Shown here piece by piece: positions 43,721 through 56,814 of a stretch of 64,000 bases of DNA. The notes beneath the pieces are model-generated. The model saw only the letters and a program-made list of their open reading frames with translations. It ran no database searches and had not been told where the DNA came from. The position numbers and the translations under genes were made by a program. Within the stretch, counting starts at the first letter, position 1. Every line of letters starts with the position of its first letter. The stretch comes from Eimeria praecox. Lineage: Eukaryota. Location: positions 5,084,001-5,148,000 of the forward strand of contig OY986946.1 of NCBI GenBank assembly GCA_963920595.1, given 5' to 3'.

Positions 43721-44672
43721 TTTTGTTTGTTTGTTTGTCTCTCTTCTTTCTTTCTTGTGTCTGTCTCCTTTATTTCTTCTATCTGTCTCCTTTCTTCTTC
43801 TGTTTGTCTCCTCCGTATCTGTCTCCTTTCTATCTTTCTTTTATTGTGTCTCCTTTCTATCTTTCTTTTATTGTGTCTCCTTTCTATCTTTCTTTTATTG
43901 TGTCTCCTTTCTGTTTATTCTATTCTGTCTCCTTTATTTTATTTTGTCTTCGTCTGTCTCTGTCTTTTTCTGTCTCTTCTTGTTATTATATGTCTCTGTC
44001 TCCTTTTATGTTTTTATCTTTCTCTGTCTCCTCTCTGTCTCCTCCTGTCTCCTCTCTGTCTCCTCTCTGTCTCCTCTCTGTCTCCTCTCTGTCTCCTCTC
44101 TGTCTCCTCTCTGTCTCCTCTCTGTCTCCTCTCTGCTGTCTCTTTCTGTCTCCTCATCTCTTTCTTTCTGTCTCCTTTTATGTTTATGTCTCTTTCTCTC
44201 TCTCTCTTTGTCTCTTCCTATGTTTTGCTGTCTCCTTTTGTTTTCTGTCTCTTTCTGTCTCTTTCTGTCTCTTTCTATCTGTTTGCCTGTCTCCTCTCTC
44301 TCACTCTTTATCTATCTGTCTCTCTGTCTGTCTCTCTACCTGTCTCCTTATCTGTCTCTGTCTCTTTCTATCTGTCTCTCTATCTGTCTCTCTGTCTGTC
44401 TCTGTATCTCTGTCTCTCTTTCTCTGTCTGTCTCTTTTTATTTATTTGTCTGTTTATATATTTCTTCGGTGTTGCATTCATAATCCCCTCTACCTCATTC
44501 TTACTGCTGCTGCTGCTGCTGTTTGTGCTGCTGCTGCTGCTGCTGCTGTTTGTGCTGCTGCTGCTGCTGCTGCTGTTTGTGCTGCTGCTGCTGCTGCTGC
44601 TGTTTGTGCTGTTGTGCTCAGACATTTGTTTTGTCTTGGACTTTGTGTTATAACTTAGTTTGTGTCTTCTAA
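42193..44672 (+). CDS. EMC6: ER membrane protein complex subunit 6 (Rab5-interacting protein family), 4 exons, 130 aa
   Basis: Exons 42193-42338, 42971-43035, 43393-43523, 44622-44672 (393 nt). HIAHNTKQLQINRHMTAVLAGALAGICGLENLWGFGVY...YF...NNLFAGFLTFVLSWTLCYNLVCVF* matches the EMC6 pattern (N...G.AAGILGL...G...YF...TxVLxWTxxYxxVxxY/F). Confidence 0.9.
42353..42965. repeat. Intronic pyrimidine-rich CTGTCTCC minisatellite (also ~43760-44440 and ~55115-55440)
   Basis: Units of ~14-15 bp such as CTGTCTCCTCTTAA / CTGTCTCCTTCTAT. Confidence 0.85.
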
Positions 44673-44685
44673 CAAAATATATTTA

Positions 44686-44950
44686 TTAAATTAATTAATT
44701 AAATTAATTAATATATTTAATATATTTAACTAATATTAATTAATTAATATTAATTAATATTAATTAATATTAATTAATATATTAATTAATATTAATTAAT
44801 ATTAATTAATATTAATTAATATTAATTAATATTAATTAATATTAATTAATATTAATTAATATTAATTAATATTAATTAATGTTAATTAATATTAATTAAT
44901 ATATTAATTAATATATTAATTAATATTAATTAATATTAATTAATAATTAA
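44686..44950. repeat. (ATTAATTAAT)n palindromic 10-bp array immediately 3' of EMC6
   Basis: Read directly; the unit is its own reverse complement. Confidence 0.9.
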
Positions 44951-45037
44951 ATTAAATAAACAAATAAATTAATATCGAGTGGATAAGCAAGTTAATAAAA
45001 AATAAATAAAAACAAATACATGAAAGTATAGAACAAA

Positions 45038-45080
<43 letters not shown>

Positions 45081-45297
45081 ATTAATTAATTAAATAAATA
45101 AATAAATAAACAATAAAATAAATAAGTAAATAAATGGAGACAGAAGAAGTAGATAATAATAAAACAAAACAAACAGACGATATATCTATAAACAAACAAA
45201 CCCTAGAAACCCTAAACCCTAGCTTGATCTTGTCTAAGCAAGAGCCTCTAGTCTCTAGCCCCCAAACATCCAAACACCTCGAAAACCCTATATCAAT

Positions 45298-45525
45298 TAG
45301 GGTTTAGGGTTTAGGGTTTAGGGTTTATGTCTTATTCCTGAAGCTTTGGATTCGTGCTGAGGACTGACTGCTTGGCTTTGAAGCCTAGGGTTTAGGGTTT
45401 GGGGTTTAGGGTTTGGGTTGTACGGTTTAGGGTTTAGGGTTTAGGGTTTGGGGTGTACGGTTTAGGGTTTAGGGTTTAGGGCTAGGGTTCAGGATTAGGG
45501 TTTAGGGTTTAGGGTTTAGGGTTAG
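45298..45525. repeat. (TTTAGGG)n telomere-like arrays upstream of the INTS7-like gene
   Basis: Read directly. Confidence 0.85.
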
Positions 45526-45777
45526 TGGCTGCAGCAGCTCTTAGAGAAAGCCATATTAGCTTCTGCTGTTTTCGTGCTGCTGTTGCTGCAGCAGCAGGTG
45601 TTGCTGTTGCTGCTACAGCAGGTGTTGCTGCTGCTGCAGCACAGCAGCAGCTGCTGCTGCCTCAACTGCAGCGGAAGGTGTTAATGCTGCTGCTGCAGCA
45701 GGCGTTGCTGCTGCTGCTGCTGCTGCAGCACGAAGCAAATCAAAAATATAAAATTATTTAAACAAAATCAACTTGTT

Positions 45778-45810
<33 letters not shown>

Positions 45811-46186
45811 GCAGCAGCAACAATAGCAACAGCAACAATAGCAACAACAACAATAACAACAACAGCAGCAGCAGCAGCAGCAACAACAGCAGCAAAACAT
45901 ATTACGTAGCCACCCATCATAAGAAATTATTTTCATTATTTCATAATTGCAGGAATATCTAAGAAGGGCCCCTCGGGGGCCCCCAAGGTGGGGGCCCCCA
46001 GCGGGGGGCCCCCCCAGGGGGCCCCCCGTTACAGGGGGGCCCCCTCGGGGGGCCCCCCCCGGGGGCCCCCCTGTACCCATATGGAGGGTTATTACGATGG
46101 GTAGATTGTGAGAAAGACGAAATGTTTGTGCATGGGTTTAGCCATGGTTTTAAATTATTATTGTCTGCTGCTGCTAGCTGTTAGCT

Positions 46187-46222
<36 letters not shown>

Positions 46223-46333
46223 AGGGGATACTAAGGCCCCAGCTGCTGCTGCTGCTGCTGAGGGCTGTTCTCTCGTAACGAGCAGCAACATTGGCAGCAA
46301 CAATAGCAGCAGCAGCACAATATATACCAGAAA

Positions 46334-46374
<41 letters not shown>

Positions 46375-46382
46375 GCAGCGTC

Positions 46383-47548
46383 ATGGAGACTGGAGTAGCA
46401 GCAGCAGCAGAACGGGACTGGCAGCAGCTGCAGCAGCTGCATCAGCTGCAGCAGCAACTGCAGCGAGAAGATGCAGCAACAGCTGCTGCTGAGGGCAGCA
46501 AGAAGCAGCAGCTGCTGCTGCAGGTGAAGCGACAGCTACAGCAGCGGCAGCTGCCGCTGCCGCAGCTGCTGCAGTGTATCCACGACCTGGGGCATCTGCT
46601 GTTTGCTGCTGGTGCTGCAGCATTTCGTAGAGGGGGGCAGCCGCTGCTGCTGCTGCGAGAGAATCAAGCAGCAGCAGCAGCAGAGCAGCAGCAGCTGCTG
46701 CAGCAGCAGCTGCAGCTGCTGCAGCAGGAGGATTCTGCTGCTTCTCAGCACAGCCAGACAGTACAGAGGGCTGCTTCTTCTGCTGCTGCTGCAGCAGCAG
46801 CAGCAGCAGCAGCTGCTGCTGCTGCTGCAGATACACCGCGTTGCCCTTATAGTATAGTGGGGGGTTCGATACCGTCTCAGTGTATTGTGCTGCTGCTGGA
46901 TCTGCTGCTGCAGCAGCAGCAGCACGTATTGGTGAGGGTTGAGGTGTATAGACAGCTTCACCGCTGCAGCCATTTGCTGCCTGCTTTGCTGCTTCCTACT
47001 CAAGAAGCTGCTGCTGCTCTTGTAAGGCAGCAGCTGCTGCGGCTGCTGCAGCAACCGCAGCAGCAGCAGCTGAGGCTGATAGGCCTTTCTCTGCTGCGGC
47101 AGCTTCCTGCTCTTGTGCTGCAAGACCCTCATGTCCTGTGGCTGCTGCTGCAGCACCTCTTTGGCTTTTGGGGTGTATCTGCACCTGCTGATGCTGCAGC
47201 AGCAGCAGCAGCTGCTGCTGCTGCTGTGCAAAAGCCCACACCGACAGGTCCCTGCATCAGCAGCAGCAATAGCAGCAGCAGCAGCAGCAGCAGCGGCAGA
47301 GGAGTGCAGCTATACAACCCCACATCTGCTTCTGCAGCAGAAGCCTCTGCTGCTCTTGCTGCAGTTGCTGCTGTTGTCCCTTATCTATCGGGGGATCTAT
47401 GTGTCTCCTTGCTGCGGCTGTGTCTTGCTGCTGTCTTGCCGTCCGCTGCAGCAGCAGAGCAGCAGCTGCTGCTGCAGCAGACAATGCTGCTGCAGCGTCG
47501 CTCTGCTGCTCTTGGCGAGTCTCCATCGAAAGCTGATTTGCTGCAGCT

Positions 47549-47587
<39 letters not shown>

Positions 47588-48103
47588 GGATCTCGAGTGT
47601 CTGACGTTGAAATCGCTCCCGCCATTAACAAACAGACTGTCTCTTCTTGCTGCTGCCTTTGGATGTGTCTCCCCGCTCCTCCCTGTGAGTTGCTGCTGCT
47701 GCTGCTGCTGTTGCTGCTGCTGTTGCTGCTGCTGTTGCTGCTGCTGTTGCTGCTGCTGTTGCTGCTGCTGTTCCTGCTGCTGTTGCTGCTGCTGTTGCTG
47801 CTGCTGTTGCTGCTGCTGTTGTTGCTGCTGTTGCTGCTGCTGCTGTTGCTGCTGCTTCTGCGGCTCCAATGTTGTGGATGTGTTTCTACAGTTGGCATCA
47901 TGTTGCTGCTGTTGCTGCTGCTGCAGCTGCAGCAACAGCAGCAGCAGCAACAACAACAACAGCAGCAGCAGCAGCAGCAGGTTTTCTTTGGTGTATATTT
48001 GCTGCTGCAGGCTGTGGCTGTTTGGGCGTTGCGGGTGTTATGGGCGTTAGCTAACAGATCAGCAGTGTTGCTGCAGCAGCAGCAGCAGCTACAGCAGCTA
48101 CAT

Positions 48104-48141
<38 letters not shown>

Positions 48142-48838
48142 TCGTCATAGAGGAGAAGACCCATTCTTATGTGTCATAGGAAGTTGCATGCGCGCTGCAA
48201 CTCAACTCGCTCTTACTAGCCCTTTCTTGGCTCCTCTGCAGGTATTTAGCAGCAGCAGCAGCAGCAGCAGCAGCAGGTGCTGCAGTGTCTGCAGCAGCAG
48301 CAGCGGCAGCAGCAGCAGCAGCAGCAGCAGCAAGAGCTGCTGCTAGACATGGGGGTAGAACAGCACAAACGAAGGGCAAGTACAGCAAGCAGAAGGCTGC
48401 CTCTGTTCTTATCTTTAGCTAGTGCATTTGCTGCTGCTGCTGCTGCTGCTGCTGGTTTGATTTTGTTGTTGCTGTTGCTGCTGTTGCTGCTGCTGCTGCT
48501 GCTGCGTTGACTGTTTAGGTTAGCTGTCTCCGCAGTGTCCTCACGGCTTCTCTCTGCTGCGGGCGTAGCAGCAACGCAGGCAGCACAGCAGCAGCAGCAG
48601 CAACAACAGCAGCAGCAGCAACCACAGCAGGGCCTTTGTCAGTAGCAGCAGCTGCTGCACAGCAGCTGCTGCTGCTGCAGCAGCAAGAACTAGCTGTTGT
48701 AATAGGATCTACTACAGCAAGCAGCAGCAGGAAGCTGCGGCTTCACCGAGGCCCGGCTCTACCTGCTGACGCCCTCTGCTGCTGCTGCTGCTGCTCTCCT
48801 GCTGCCGTTACTAGTGCTGCAACAGACAGCAACAACAA

Positions 48839-48894
<56 letters not shown>

Positions 48895-48987
48895 GCAGCA
48901 GCGGCGGGGATCACTGGAAGAAGCTGCTGAAGGCTCGTCTAGCACGTGCAGCAGCCTCCAGGGGCGCAAGGCCAGGCGGAGACACTG

Positions 48988-49022
<35 letters not shown>

Positions 49023-49318
49023 ACAGCAGCAGCATCTACTGCTGCAAACGTTCAGCAGCAGCAGCAACAGCAGCAGCAACAGCAGCAGCAGCCTCCCAGC
49101 CCCTCAGTTGCTGCCTCTGCAGCAGCAATGACAGCAGCAGCAATGTGTGTCGTCCCTCAGGATGAGGTTGTGGGGTGGCTGCGTGCTGCTGCTGCTGCAG
49201 CAGATGCTGCTGCTGCTGCTGCTCTTTTGAGCCTCCTCAGCGGCGCTCTGCAGCAGCAAACCGTCTGCTCCTGCTGCCGCTGCTGCCGATCAGGCCGGCG
49301 AGCTGCTGCCCCTGCCCC

Positions 49319-49349
<31 letters not shown>

Positions 49350-49742
49350 CAACAGCAACCAGAGCAGCTGAATTCGACCTCAGCCTCGCAGCAGAAGCAG
49401 CTAACCCAATGCCAGGTGCAGCGGAGCTTTCTGAGTGAAGCTGCTGCTGCTGGTGCTGCTGCTCCTGCTGCTGCTGCTGCTGTTGCTGCTCCTGCTGCTG
49501 CATCGGCATCGGTTGGAGGTGCTGCTGCTGCTGCTGCTGCTCCTGCTGCTGCAGGCTGTGCAGCAAAGACCGCAGCAGCCAGTGGGGCGCCGGCACTGCC
49601 TATTCAAACTGCAGGCAGCCCAGCAGCAGCAGCAGCAGCAGCTGCTGCTGCTGCTGCTGCTTCGAGTGGTACTGTGCTAACAGCAGCAGATGCGGTTTCT
49701 ACGTTGCTGTCTCTCGCCAGGTCTCTGCCCCTCCGGTCCCCT

Positions 49743-49774
<32 letters not shown>

Positions 49775-49942
49775 ACAGCAGCAGCAGCAACAGCAGCACC
49801 AGCAACAGCAGCACCAGCAACAGCAAGAGCAACGCCAACTGCAGCAGGATCAGCAGCCGCAGCAGCAGCAGCAGCAGGGTCTACAGCAGCAACAGCAGCA
49901 AGACCAGCAGCAGCACACCCAGCAACAAAAGCAACCGCAGCC

Positions 49943-49984
<42 letters not shown>

Positions 49985-50398
49985 GGAGCAGCTGGAGTAT
50001 GATCAGGTAGAGGAAGGCGAGTTGTCTCCCACAGGATCGCAGGCCAGTGCAACACAGCAGCAGCAACAGCAGCAGCAACAGCAGCAGCAACAGCAGCAGC
50101 AACAGCTGCCACAGCAGCAGCAACAGCAGCCGCAGCAGCAGCAGCTGCAACACCAGGAGGAGGCGCAGACACAGCCACAGCACCAGCAGCAGCACCAACA
50201 AAAGCAACTGCAGCCACAACAGCAGGAACACCAGTTAGAGCAGCAGCAGCAGCAGCAGCGCCAGACGCAGCAGCAACAGCAGCAGCAGCAGCAGCAGCAA
50301 TTGGCTGGCCGCCAGCAGCAGCAGCAGCAGAAGACGCCCACAGAAGACAGCGGCGTTTTGAAACGGATGCGGCTGCAGGCACCAGCCAGCAGCAGCAT

Positions 50399-50430
<32 letters not shown>

Positions 50431-50485
50431 GCAGCAAGGAATCTCACCTGGGACTGCATCCTCAGGGGTCGGCAATGCCCGCTCT

Positions 50486-50523
<38 letters not shown>

Positions 50524-50644
50524 CAGAGAACAAAAGCTGCTGCTGCTGCTGCTGCTGCTGCTGCAGGACATCCTCGTGCTCCCTCAGCACATACCGAGTA
50601 CGCCAGCTTCTGTCTGCAGCAAGACGTGCCTGCGAGGCACCTGC

Positions 50645-50680
<36 letters not shown>

Positions 50681-50743
50681 GCCCTGCGGGAGCGACAGCG
50701 CAGCCACACCTCGAGCAGCAGCAAGAATAGGGGCAGCTGATGA

Positions 50744-50779
<36 letters not shown>

Positions 50780-50861
50780 TAATGGCAGAGCGAATGACTC
50801 GGCTGCTGAGCATACACTCCAGCGCCTCCGCAGCAACCTCCTTCCTTTGAATGGTTTCCTG

Positions 50862-50910
<49 letters not shown>

Positions 50911-51225
50911 GCAGCAGCGACAGTGAGTGTGTTGCAGATCTGCTGCGGCACTTGCTGCTGCCGCTTGTGATATCGCTGCAGCAGCCCCTATCAGTCCGTG
51001 TTCTTGCTGCTGTGGTGTCTTGCCAGTTCGTAGCACAGCAGCAACAGCAGCTGCTGCTGCAGCAGCAGCAGCAGCAACAGCAGCAACAGCAGCAACAGCA
51101 GCAACAGCAGCAGCAGCCTCCCTCCGAAGACACGCAGAGGAAGAGCAGCAGCAAGACTGAAGATGAAATGGCTGTTCTTGTCTTTAAGACTGTGGGCAGT
51201 TTGCTGCTGTACCTGCGAGACGAGT

Positions 51226-51264
<39 letters not shown>

Positions 51265-52008
51265 GAAGCAACGCGAGGGGGCCGCTGTCGGTACAGACAC
51301 CGGAAGGCCAGCGGGTGAGAAGTTATGCTGTCGCTGCTGCTGCTGTTGTTGCTGCTGCTACTGTTGCTGCTGCTGCTGTTGTTGTTGCTGCTGCTACGAT
51401 TGCTGCTGCTGCTGTTGCTGCTGTTGCTGCTGCTACTTCTGTGTCTCTCATGGGTTTTTCAGCTCTTGCAGACGCGTAGCATGCTTCCAATCTTTGTGGC
51501 TGCTGCTGCTGCTGTTTGCTGCTGCTGCTGTTTGCTGCTGCTGCTTTATGCTGCTGCTGCTGCTGCTGCAGGAGACGTTGGCTCTCGCTCTATCCCGAAG
51601 CCTGGCCTTCATCTGCATGCGCAGTCCTCTCTTAGCTTGCCAGGTTGCAGAGCTGCTGCTGCCTCCTGCAGCAGCTGCTGCTGCTGCTGCAGTTGCTGCT
51701 GCTTCTACTGCTGCTACGTTTGGTATTCCACAGCAGCAGCCATTGCTGCAACAGCAGCACCAGCAGCAGCAGCAGCAGATACGCGTGGTGTCTCTACCCC
51801 TTGACGGGTCTCTGCCTCTCTGCTTGCTGCCTCTCCTTCCCTCAACGGTGCTGCAGCATGTGCTGCTGCTGCCGGTGCCTTGTGCTGCTGCTGCAGCAGC
51901 AGCAGCAGCCATGAACACGCTGCAGCAGCACCTCAACGCTGAAGCAGGCCTCCCTGAGTCTGAAGAGCAAGACAGCCGCGGGAGAAACGGCAGCAGCAAC
52001 AGCAGCAA

Positions 52009-52045
<37 letters not shown>

Positions 52046-52164
52046 GTGCTGCTGGTGCTGTTAGATCTTGAAGCCCCTCAGCTGGCTAGACACCTCAAAA
52101 GCTGCTATGCGCCTGGGTTGCAGGGACCTCGCTGCCCTGTGCTGCTGCTGCAGCAGCAGCAGCC

Positions 52165-52198
<34 letters not shown>

Positions 52199-53109
52199 CA
52201 GCCTGGCGGCTGTGTCTTCTGGGGCGTGACATCAGCAGCAACAGCAGCAACAGCAGCAGCAGGACAAGCAGCAGTGCAGCAGCAGGAAGGGGCAGCGTTG
52301 CTGCAGCAGCACTTTCGTTGGGTTAACAAATATCGTTCGAGTTTGCTGCTGCTGCTGCAGCAGCTGCTGCTGCTGCACGGGATTGCGTGGCCAGCTGCTG
52401 CTGCAGGGCAGCCTACACCTACAGCAGCAACAGCAGCAGCAGCAGCAGCTGCTGCTGCTGCAGCAGCAGCAACCTTCCGCTCTCAGATGCCGCTCAATGT
52501 GTTATACAGAGCAGCTGTCTGTGCTGCCATCACGGGGCTGCAGCATGCTGCTGCTGCTGCAGCATTTCATCAGCTAGCTGCTGCTGCTGCTGCTGCTGCT
52601 TCGCAGCAGTGGCTGAGGGCGCTGGCTTTTGCTGTTGACGCTGAGGCTGCTGCTGCAGCTGCTGCTCCTGTAACAAGTGCAGCAGCAGCAGCAGCAGCAG
52701 CAGCAGATGCTGAAGATACAGCAGCAGATGAGGAGCTGGTTGCTGCACTTGGTGCTGCAGTTAGAACAGCTTACTGCTGCTGGAGAGAATGTCTGCTGCT
52801 GCTGCAGCAGCACCACAGAAGCAGACGATTGCTGCTGCCGCGCAGCAGCAGCAGCCCGCCTCCTCTCCCTCCCCTTGCAGCATTTGTTCAGGTTAGCTCC
52901 TGCTGCAGCTTCCCTTGTTGCTGCTGCTGCTGCTGCTGCTGATGCTGCTGCTGCTTCTCTTCTCGCTCCTACAAGACAACATCACTGCTGCTGCTGCTGT
53001 TTGCTGCTGCTGCTTGCTGCTGCTGTTTGCTGCTGCAGGGCAGGATGAAGCTCGCCTCCCTGCTGCACTCCTTTGCTGCCTTCTGCCTCGAGGCACTTCG
53101 TCGTTCTCG

Positions 53110-53146
<37 letters not shown>

Positions 53147-53157
53147 AGTAACGGCAA

Positions 53158-53189
<32 letters not shown>

Positions 53190-53283
53190 GCAGCACGAAC
53201 AGCAACGGATGCAAAGGCGAGGCCTTTCTGCAGACAACAGAAACAAAGTCTGAGGGTCTGCCAAGCCATACAAACGATGCTGC

Positions 53284-53334
<51 letters not shown>

Positions 53335-53651
53335 TGATGCTACGTTCTCTAGTCTTTGCGAAGACCTCCAGAATATTCGACAGGCAGCTAAGGCAGTTCT
53401 ACACTGGTAAGCTGCTGCTGCTCCTGGTGTTCCTGCTGCTGCTGCTGCTGCTGCTGCTGTTGTTGTTGCTGGCGTTAGTGCTGCTGCTGCTGCTGCTGGC
53501 GTTGCTGCTGCTGCTGCTGTTGAAGTTACGGATGCTGCTGCTGCTGCTGCTGCTGGCGCTCCTGCAGCAGCTGCTGTTTCTTTGCTTCCGCAGCAGCGGA
53601 GAGTTGGGTTGCACGAGCAAGTGTTGCTGCTGCTGTTGCTGCTGCTGCTGT

Positions 53652-53683
<32 letters not shown>

Positions 53684-54309
53684 TTGCTGCTCTTTTGTGC
53701 TGCAGCTTCCAAAGGCAGCTGCTGCTGATGCGCAGCAGCAGCTCGATCACGAAGCGGCTGCTGCTGCTGCAGTGCTGCTGCTGCCGCAGCGTGCTTCTTC
53801 TGGCGTCCTTTTGTTTGCTTCGTCTCATTCTCTCCAAGCAGCAGCAGCTACAAGTGCAGCAGCAGCAGCTTCTGCTGCTGCAGCAACAGCCCTGGAAGGT
53901 AGAACCCAGCAGCAGCAGGATCAGCAGCAGCAAGAGCAGCAGCACAGGCAACGACGGCACTGTCTTGCTGCTGCAGCAGGCTATCAGCGAGCTGGAAGCA
54001 GCAGCAGCAGAGCTGCAGCAGCAGCTACAGGGTTTCTGCAGCAGCAACGCTGCTGCTGTCGACCTAAGAGGCCTCTGGCTCTGTGCCTCAGCAGAGGCTC
54101 CTGCTGCAGCAAAGCAGCAGCTCCTTGCTGCACTGCGCTCCAGCAGCAGCAGCAGCGGCAGCAGCAGCAGCGGCAGCAGCAGCAGCAGCAGCAGCAGCAC
54201 CTGCGGAGGTGCAGCAGCAGCAGCGTCCGTGAGGCCCTTCTTTTTCTATGAGCAGCTTCTGCCTTTGCTAACGTGGGAGGAGTCAGCAGCAGCAGCAACA
54301 GCAGCAACA

Positions 54310-54382
<73 letters not shown>

Positions 54383-54722
54383 CACCAGCAGCAGCAGCAA
54401 CAGGAGCAGCAGCAGCAACAAGAGCAGCAGCAGCAGCAACAGCAGCAGGATGTGGATCAGCTGAAGATGCTGAGCTGTCTAGTCTATTACCTAGACGTTT
54501 GCTGCGGTGGCTGCTGCTGCTGCTGCAGCAGCTAATCTGCTGCAGCTGGCCTCTGCCTCCTCGTGTCTTCTCTGCTGCAGCTCTGCCGTGGGTTGCTGCT
54601 CAAGCTGTTATTGAAGGAGACGTAAGCAGCAGCAGCACCTGCTGCTGCTGCTGCTGCTGTTGCTGTTGTTGGTGCTGTTGTTCCTGCTGCTGCCCCTCTT
54701 ACCGTAGATGTTGTTGTTGCTC

Positions 54723-54758
<36 letters not shown>

Positions 54759-55503
54759 AGGGTAGGCCTGTCAGTCAGACTGCAGCAGAAGCACAAAGAA
54801 GAAGAGACAGTTGGTTTGCTGCTGTCTCCTTATCTTTAACATAGTTGAGTGAGCTGCTGCTGCAGCCAAGACTGTATGATCCCACTGTCTCCGCAGCAGC
54901 AGCAGCAGCAGCAGCAACCCCCGTCCTGCTGCTGCTGCTGCTGCTGCAGCAGCAGCAGCAGCAACAGCAGCAACAGCAGCAACAGCAGCAGCAACTGTCT
55001 CCTTGTTGTGCTGCTGCTGCTCAGGCTGCAGCTCGCCGCCCCGCAGGAGTGCTGCCTGCGGTGTCTGTGCATGCAGAGCTAAGAGGCGCTTCGGTAAGGA
55101 GACACATATCTTATTCTTCTGTCTCCTCTTCTTCTTCTGTCTCCTCATCCTCTTCTGTCTCTTCTTCTTCTTCTGTCTCTTCTTCTTCTTCTGTCTGTTC
55201 TTCTTCTTCTGTCTCTTCTTCTTCTTCTGCCTCTTCTCTTATTCTTATTCTTCTGTCTCTTCTTCTTCTTCTGTCTCTTCTTCTTCTTCTGTCTCTTCTT
55301 CCTCTTCTGTCTCTTCTTCTTCCTCTGTCCCTTCTTCTTCTCTCTCTTTCTCTTCTGTCTCCTCCTCCTCTGTCTCTGTTTTTTCTGTCTCTTCTTCTTC
55401 TCCTGTCTCTTCTTCTTCTTCTGTCTCTTCTTCTTCTGTCTCCAGCAGCACACGAAGCAAGCAGCCTCAAAACCCTCATCAGCATCAGCATCAATAGGAG
55501 CAA

Positions 55504-55535
<32 letters not shown>

Positions 55536-55715
55536 GCAGCAACAGCAGCAGCAGCACGAGGTGTACGTTTGAAGGCCTGCTGTGTACGTAGGCGGAGACA
55601 CTGCAGTCATGGTGTTGGCTGCGAGTTAAATATTTATATATTCCTGACAACGGAGACAGACAAAATCAAATCATAAACCTGTGGCTTCCTAACGACGACC
55701 CCAGTTAGCCCTTGC

Positions 55716-55750
<35 letters not shown>

Positions 55751-55816
55751 CTGCTGCTGCTGCTGAAGCTGCTGCTGCTGAAACTGCTGCTGCTGCTGAA
55801 GCTGCTGTTACTTTGT

Positions 55817-55849
<33 letters not shown>

Positions 55850-55926
55850 CTGCTGCTGCTACTGCTGCTGCTTTGTCTGCTGCTGCTTCTGCTTTGCCTG
55901 CTATGTGTGCTGCTGTTGCTGCTGCT

Positions 55927-55959
<33 letters not shown>

Positions 55960-56122
55960 TCTAGTCGTAGTATATATAAAGTGTCTCTCCGTAAGCAGTC
56001 CCTTTAAGAGGATGTTGGGGTGTCTGTGGAGATATACAGCAGCCTCAGTCTGCTGCTGCTGCTGTTGCTGCTGCTGCACCTGTCTGATGCTTTGTTTGTT
56101 TATATCGTTCCTTCCGTTTGCT

Positions 56123-56158
<36 letters not shown>

Positions 56159-56515
56159 ACTTCTATGTTAGGACGAACGGAGCTGCGTCGCGTGTTGATC
56201 CCTGTCCCCCAGCCTTTCCTGTCTCCTACCGACAGCAGCAGCATTAACAGCAGCAGCAGCAGCAGCAGGATTAGCAGCAGGATAAACAGCAGCAGCAGCA
56301 GCAGCAGCAGCAGGAGTATGAGAGTAAAGTCAAGCGGGCGTTGGTTAGAGTCTGTCATAGTAAGAGACAGATGCTGTATAGATATAGGAGACAGCAATCT
56401 CTGTTGTTTAATGGTAGAGACAGAAGCACTAGACAGCTGTCTCCTTCCTATCTCTTATAATACATTTACTTCTGTACTTGTAAATCAAACAGAGCTTCAA
56501 ATGCTAGACCTTTAG
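46383..56515 (+). CDS. Large helical-repeat protein, putative Integrator complex subunit 7-like, ~9 exons, ~2545 aa
   Basis: Phase-consistent exons 46383-47684, 48011-48241, 48519-51314, 51572-52891, 53039-53406, 53706-54621, 54845-55093, 55592-55703, 56172-56515 (7638 nt). The N-terminal helices (PYSI...CIVLLLDLL...HVLVRVEVYRQL...LRLIGLSLLRQLPALV...EASAALAAV), LPPRVF and the terminal LMVETEALD resemble INTS7 by eye. The gene is well supported; its identity is tentative. Confidence 0.6.
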
Positions 56516-56539
56516 TGTCTCCTTCACTGTCTCCTCTCC

Positions 56540-56612
<73 letters not shown>

Positions 56613-56814
56613 TCTCCTTCATTGTCTCCTTTTCTAATTATATAACTTATTTATATTTATATATTTCTAGTGTCTCCTTCACTGTCTCCTTTTCTAACTA
56701 TATAACTTATTTATTTATATTTTGATAGTTTGATATATTTACGTATTTATGTATTTATATATTCATATATATATATATATATATATATAACAATAGATAG
56801 GATTTCTCTGTATC

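Noticed and set aside
43632..44658. Three overlapping hydrophobic ORFs
   Set aside because: Pyrimidine-rich EMC6 intron 3; only 44622-44672 is coding.
48277..48454. Extra exon in the INTS7-like gene
   Set aside because: Would need a 35-nt intron and breaks phase with the 48519 exon.
55965..55990. Micro-exon IVVYIKCLS
   Set aside because: Ends in phase 0, while the 56172 acceptor needs phase 1. Use of 55965 as the acceptor of one longer terminal exon is not excluded.
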